39,078 nucleotides of DNA, taken from NCBI RefSeq assembly GCF_001194135.2, contig NC_068991.1, forward strand, positions 64,435,227 through 64,474,304, written 5' to 3'. Below, in pieces: positions 34,245 to 39,078 of the stretch (the first letter of the stretch is position 1; each line of letters starts with the position of its first letter). Made by a program: the position numbers and the translations under genes. The notes beneath the pieces are model-generated. The model did not search any database. It had not been told where the DNA came from and was given only the letters and a program-made list of their open reading frames with translations. The stretch is from Octopus bimaculoides. Its lineage: Eukaryota.

Positions 34245-35286
34245 NNNNNNNNNNNNNNNNNNNNNNNNNNNNNNNNNNNNNNNNNNNNNNNNNNNNNNNN
34301 NNNNNNNNNNNNNNNNNNNNNNNNNNNNNNNNNNNNNNNNNNNNNNNNNNNNNNNNNNNNNNNNNNNNNNNNNNNNNNNNNNNNNNNNNNNNNNNNNNNN
34401 NNNNNNNNNNNNNNNNNNNNNNNNNNNNNNNNNNNNNNNNNNNNNNNNNNNNNNNNNNNNNNNNNNNNNNNNNNNNNNNNNNNNNNNNNNNNNNNNNNNN
34501 NNNNNNNNNNNNNNNNNNNNNNNNNNNNNNNNNNNNNNNNNNNNNNNNNNNNNNNNNNNNNNNNNNNNNNNNNNNNNNNNNNNNNNNNNNNNNNNNNNNN
34601 NNNNNNNNNNNNNNNNNNNNNNNNNNNNNNNNNNNNNNNNNNNNNNNNNNNNNNNNNNNNNNNNNNNNNNNNNNNNNNNNNNNNNNNNNNNNNNNNNNNN
34701 NNNNNNNNNNNNNNNNNNNNNNNNNNNNNNNNNNNNNNNNNNNNNNNNNNNNNNNNNNNNNNNNNNNNNNNNNNNNNNNNNNNNNNNNNNNNNNNNNNNN
34801 NNNNNNNNNNNNNNNNNNNNNNNNNNNNNNNNNNNNNNNNNNNNNNNNNNNNNNNNNNNNNNNNNNNNNNNNNNNNNNNNNNNNNNNNNNNNNNNNNNNN
34901 NNNNNNNNNNNNNNNNNNNNNNNNNNNNNNNNNNNNNNNNNNNNNNNNNNNNNNNNNNNNNNNNNNNNNNNNNNNNNNNNNNNNNNNNNNNNNNNNNNNN
35001 NNNNNNNNNNNNNNNNNNNNNNNNNNNNNNNNNNNNNNNNNNNNNNNNNNNNNNTATATATATATATATATATGTATGTATTGTTCTATATGTATAAACA
35101 CACGTATAGTTCTGTTCGCTAGAAATTTTCACATTTATATTGAGCGCTTCTACATAAAACGAAAACAAAAAGCAATAGAGAATTAACACCGATTCAAATA
35201 GCCTTTGAATGAAATATTTATTTCGGCAATATTTATATAAACCACAAATATATCTGTATGTATATTAGAGAGAAGAGTTAGGTAGG

Positions 35287-35362
<76 letters not shown>
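35287..35362. repeat. (GATA)n microsatellite
   Basis: Pure tetranucleotide run directly upstream of a C module. Confidence 0.95.
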
Positions 35363-35363
<1 letters not shown>

Positions 35364-35582
35364 GTGTGTGTGTCTGTGTTTGTCCTCCATCTCCGCTTGA
35401 TAAAATGTTCTTGTTTGATACACCTCAAAAATGACTTAGTGATTCGGCAAAAGAGAGGGTGGAATAAGTACCAGGCTTTAAAATACACATGACTACCGAG
35501 GTGAATTCATTCGACTAAAAATCCTTCAACGCGGTGCCCCAGCATGGCCACATTTTAATGACTGGAACAAGTAAAAAGAGAA
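35362..35582 (+). mobile_element. SINE-BC, C module only
   Basis: gtgtctgtgtttgtcc...ttcggcaaaagag...aataagtaccagg...gcggtgccccagcatggcc...gactggaacaagtaaaaagag. Confidence 0.85.
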
Positions 35583-35613
35583 ACTTGAGTATAATCGAGC
35601 CATAATACAGTAA

Positions 35614-35830
35614 CCCTTTCTTTATTGACCAGAAGGGCCGAAATCTGTGGGGAAGGGACTAGTCGATTACATCGGCTCCAGTGTTTCACTGGTACTTAAT
35701 TTATCGACCCCGAAAAAGATGAAAGGCAAAGTCGACCTCGGTGGAATTTGAACTCAGGACGTAGCGATGGACTAAATACGGCTAAGCATTCCGGCTAGCG
35801 TGATGAAGATTCTGCCAACTCGCCGCCTTA
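35614..35830 (-). mobile_element. SINE-A, full length
   Basis: ctagtcgattacatc, cactggtacttaatttatcgaccccg, aaggcaaagtcgacctcggtggaatttgaactc, ctgccaactcgccgcctta. Confidence 0.95.
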
Positions 35831-35983
35831 CAAGAAACACAGTAATGAAGGCAAAAACAGTGTCACAGTAACAGAACCCTGTTGCCCAGGAAATGTCACA
35901 TGACACAAAGAATGAAAGAAAGCAGCAACGTCTATACCAATCTAGTTAGGAATCTGATGATGTCTTAGCTTTAGCTTTATATT

Positions 35984-36370
35984 GTAGAGGCGCAATGGCC
36001 CAGTGGTTAGGGCAGCGGACTCGCGGTCATAGGATCGCGGTTTTGATTCCCAGACCGGGCGTTGTGAGTGTTTATTGAGCAGAAACACCTAAAGCTCCAC
36101 GAGGCTCTGGCAGGGGATGGTGGCGAACTCTGCTGTACTCTTCCACCACAACTTTCTTTCACTCTTACTTCCTGTTTCTGTCGTGCCTGTAATTCAAAGG
36201 GTCAGCCTTGTCACACTGTGTCACGCTGAATATCCCCGAGAACTACGTTAAGGGTACACGTGTCTGCGGAGTGCTCAGCCACTTGCACGTTAATTTCATG
36301 AGCAGGCTATTCCGTTGATCGGATCAACTGGAACCCTCGACGTCGTAAGCGACAGAGTGCCAACAACAAC
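35984..36370 (+). mobile_element. SINE-D copy 2, full length (387 bp), tRNA-Arg-like head, (AAC)n tail
   Basis: ggcgcaaTGGCCCAGTGGttaggg (A box) and ggttttgattccc (B-box-like); 11-bp TSD agctttatatt at 35973-35983 and 36371-36381. Confidence 0.95.
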
Positions 36371-36391
36371 AGCTTTATATTAGCCCTAATA

Positions 36392-36560
36392 AATATTGGT
36401 TTCAAGCTTTGGCACAAGGCCAGCAAGTTTGAGTGAGGGGTAAGACGATTATATCGATCCCAGTAATCAACTGGTTCTTGTCTTATCGACACCGAAGGAT
36501 GATGAACGGCTTAGTCGACTTGGGAGGAATTTGAACTGAAAACGTAAAGACGGACGCTAA
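36392..36560 (-). mobile_element. Diverged SINE-A lacking the A-box end
   Basis: tggcacaaggccagc tail, gattatatcgatcccag, tagtcgacttgggaggaatttgaactg. Confidence 0.8.
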
Positions 36561-36859
36561 TCCTTGTGCTGGAGTAGTAATGATTATTAGCAGTAATAAT
36601 TAAATTTTATATATATGTACTTGATTCGGCACCGAACTCGAGAAATCGAGCTTAAAGAAAAGCACATGCCTAATTAAATTACATTTATAATTGGAAAAAA
36701 ATATGGAAAACATTTTAGCACTGTTGTCTGTAATGAGTGCATATACACTAGTTGACATGTAAAAATATTTCAAAAATATTCATTTGGACATTTGCACAAG
36801 TAAAAAAAAAATCACATGCATCTGCATACAGAATACATTTATATTTATGTGCATGCATA

Positions 36860-37436
36860 CATACATACATACATATATACGTAAGTGCGTAAGTACGTAC
36901 ATACATACATACATACATACATACATACATACTTGTATACATATATACATACGTAAGTGCGTAAGTATGTACATAGTACACACACACATACGTATATGCA
37001 CTCATGTATATATGCACACATATATACTCATACACACACATGCATACATGCATATATACATACATACATACATACATACATACATACATACATACATACA
37101 TACTTGTATACATATATACATACGTAAGTGCGTAAGTATGTACATAGTACACACACACATACGTATATGCACTCATGTATATATGCACACATATATACTC
37201 ATACACACACATGCATACATGCATACATACATACATACATACATACATACATACATACATACATACATACATTCATACGTTTGCTGTTGTCAAGATTCCA
37301 ATTTAAAAGACTTGTCAGAAAATGGATTTTTGTCTATTGGTGAGAAATACTAGAAATAAAGCCAGAACACGCATGAACAGATACATGCATACATACATAC
37401 ATACATACATACATACATACATACATACATACATAC
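36860..37436. repeat. (ACAT)n arrays enclosing a 171-bp tandem duplication
   Basis: Units start at 36932 and 37103 and are identical apart from the (ACAT)n portion. Confidence 0.95.
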
Positions 37437-37838
37437 CTCTATCTATATGACGTTAGAGGAAATCTAAGTAATTGATGATGGTAGATGAATTTTAGGTAAT
37501 TGATGATGCGATCTAGGTAAAATAAGATCTTGATAAAGACGGAAATTAATCACAAAGTTAAGAAATTTCTACGTCAGCATCGCTATAGACCGGCTCTACC
37601 TAATACCAGAACACGAAAGAGGAGAGTTTTTCAATATGCATCCGTAAATTAGATATCTGTTAGTCTAGAGGGAAAAGTAGTTCCTATGACCCTGTATAGT
37701 CGTGGTCAAAGCTTTAGGATATTTTTAAAAAATTAAAATTGTTATTCCCAAGGACAATTCGATTCAAATATATACAACTTAGAGATATACTTACCTAATA
37801 ACTAATCCAGTGAGGTCAATATCTAGAAGAGAAAATTT

Positions 37839-37960
37839 CAGGCCTGTGTTCCAAACTTTTGGCCAAGCAATAATATATTGCAAATCAAACATAACTTCGG
37901 GCATTTAATATAAAAATTCTAATTTTCAGACCTATGCGGTAAACTTTTTGGCCACGCCTG
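37839..37960. mobile_element. Possible small hAT-type MITE
   Basis: Left CAGGCCTGTGTTCCAAA vs reverse complement of the right end CAGGCGTGGCCAAA; no TSD found. Confidence 0.3.
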
Positions 37961-38051
37961 TTCGTCATCTCCGAAGTAGATACTGTTGAGAGACGAAGGC
38001 ATTCTCAATCCGGAGTCCTGGACAGTAGGCATAGCATCGTCCACAGTACAC

Positions 38052-38378
38052 AACTGGTACTTAATTTATCGACCCCGAAAGGATGACAGGTAAAGCCGAC
38101 CTCGGTGGACTTTGAACTCAGAACGTAAAGACAGACGAAATACCTATTTCTTTACTGCCCACAAGGGGCTACACACAGAGGGGACAAACAAGGGCAGACA
38201 AACGGATTAAGTCGATTATATCGACCCCAGTGCGTAACTGGTAGTTAATTTATCGACCCCGAAAGGATGAAAGGCAAAGTCGACCTCGGCGGAATTTGAA
38301 CTCAGAACGCAGTGGCAGACGAAATACCGCTAAGCATTTCGCCCGGTGTGCTAACGTTTCTGCCAGCTCGCCACCTTA
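38052..38378 (-). mobile_element. Dimeric SINE-A (head, core, beta tail, partial second head, core)
   Basis: Two gataaattaa...ccag cores; junction aaagaaata/ggtatttcgtc shared with the 28978 copy. Confidence 0.95.
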
Positions 38379-38716
38379 CTGATCGCAAGTGTTGTCACTG
38401 GAGTAGACTGTCACCATTCGAAATTAGAAACAAATCTCTCCACGTTACTTGGCGTATATCGTTCTATATCAGGTAATATTTCATCTCGTATAACATACAC
38501 TAGTATATAGTTTACCTTACATTCTGGTATACGTACATATATATAAGTCGACCTATCTATCAAATGAATATAGAGATTGATTACAACAGAGCATACACAC
38601 AGATTCATAATTGTATAACCGCACGCATATATTTCCATATCTACCTCTAAGATTTATTAGAATATATAGTGTTTGTATGTCTTCTGTATGTCTATCTATC
38701 TGTCAGTTTGTCTCTT

Positions 38717-38718
<2 letters not shown>

Positions 38719-38806
<88 letters not shown>
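38719..38806. repeat. (TG)n microsatellite
   Basis: Pure dinucleotide run. Confidence 0.95.
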
Positions 38807-39078
38807 AGACGGGACCTTGATGACTGCCATGAGGCAGGAAAGTATACAAGTCCTTATATATTTAATACTCTATATTTAATACTCAATATTTCATATATTC
38901 AATAAGACATTGAATACTTCATTTAATTTTACTATTTATATTATAAATTCCATATTTTATATCTCACATTAATTTTATACGAATATAAGTAAAACATAAA
39001 AAACAGACAGAGTTGGAACTCTTTTGAATAATATATTCCTCTATACACGATCATACAAAACCCTTTTTTATATTTTTT

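Noticed and set aside
35987-36060. tRNA-like sequence
   Set aside because: It is the head of SINE-D: it continues into a body shared with 33961-34244 and sits inside a TSD, so it is not a tRNA gene. The same applies to the A and B heads.

Overview
AT-rich, microsatellite-saturated, non-coding animal DNA from a gapped draft assembly: 13 N-gaps totalling about 4.3 kb, 12 of them abutting a simple repeat. The SINE motifs and repeat spectrum look to me like an octopus (coleoid cephalopod) genome; that is recall, not a database match. I cannot support any protein-coding gene. The ORF-track entries are N-runs, microsatellite translations or short unrecognisable frames, and only a few weak splice-flanked exon candidates exist (4018-4057, 15892-15950, 21801-21893, 30338-30469). 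There is no rRNA, true tRNA gene or CRISPR array. The interpretable content is mobile DNA, for which I use my own working labels: about 18 copies of tRNA-derived SINE-A; a composite SINE-BC with an internal microsatellite; a tRNA-Arg-like SINE-D present as an inverted pair about 94% identical; an (AAC)n-tailed family E; several degraded Meta-domain-like SINEs; and pogo- and hAT-type MITEs. The most interesting signals concern the structure of this SINE population: a trimeric SINE inside one 16-bp target-site duplication, a recurring dimer junction, two fold-back hairpins formed inside SINE copies, a double stem-loop shared by two families, and a long inverted pair that would form dsRNA if co-transcribed. 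I found no protein-based novel system.
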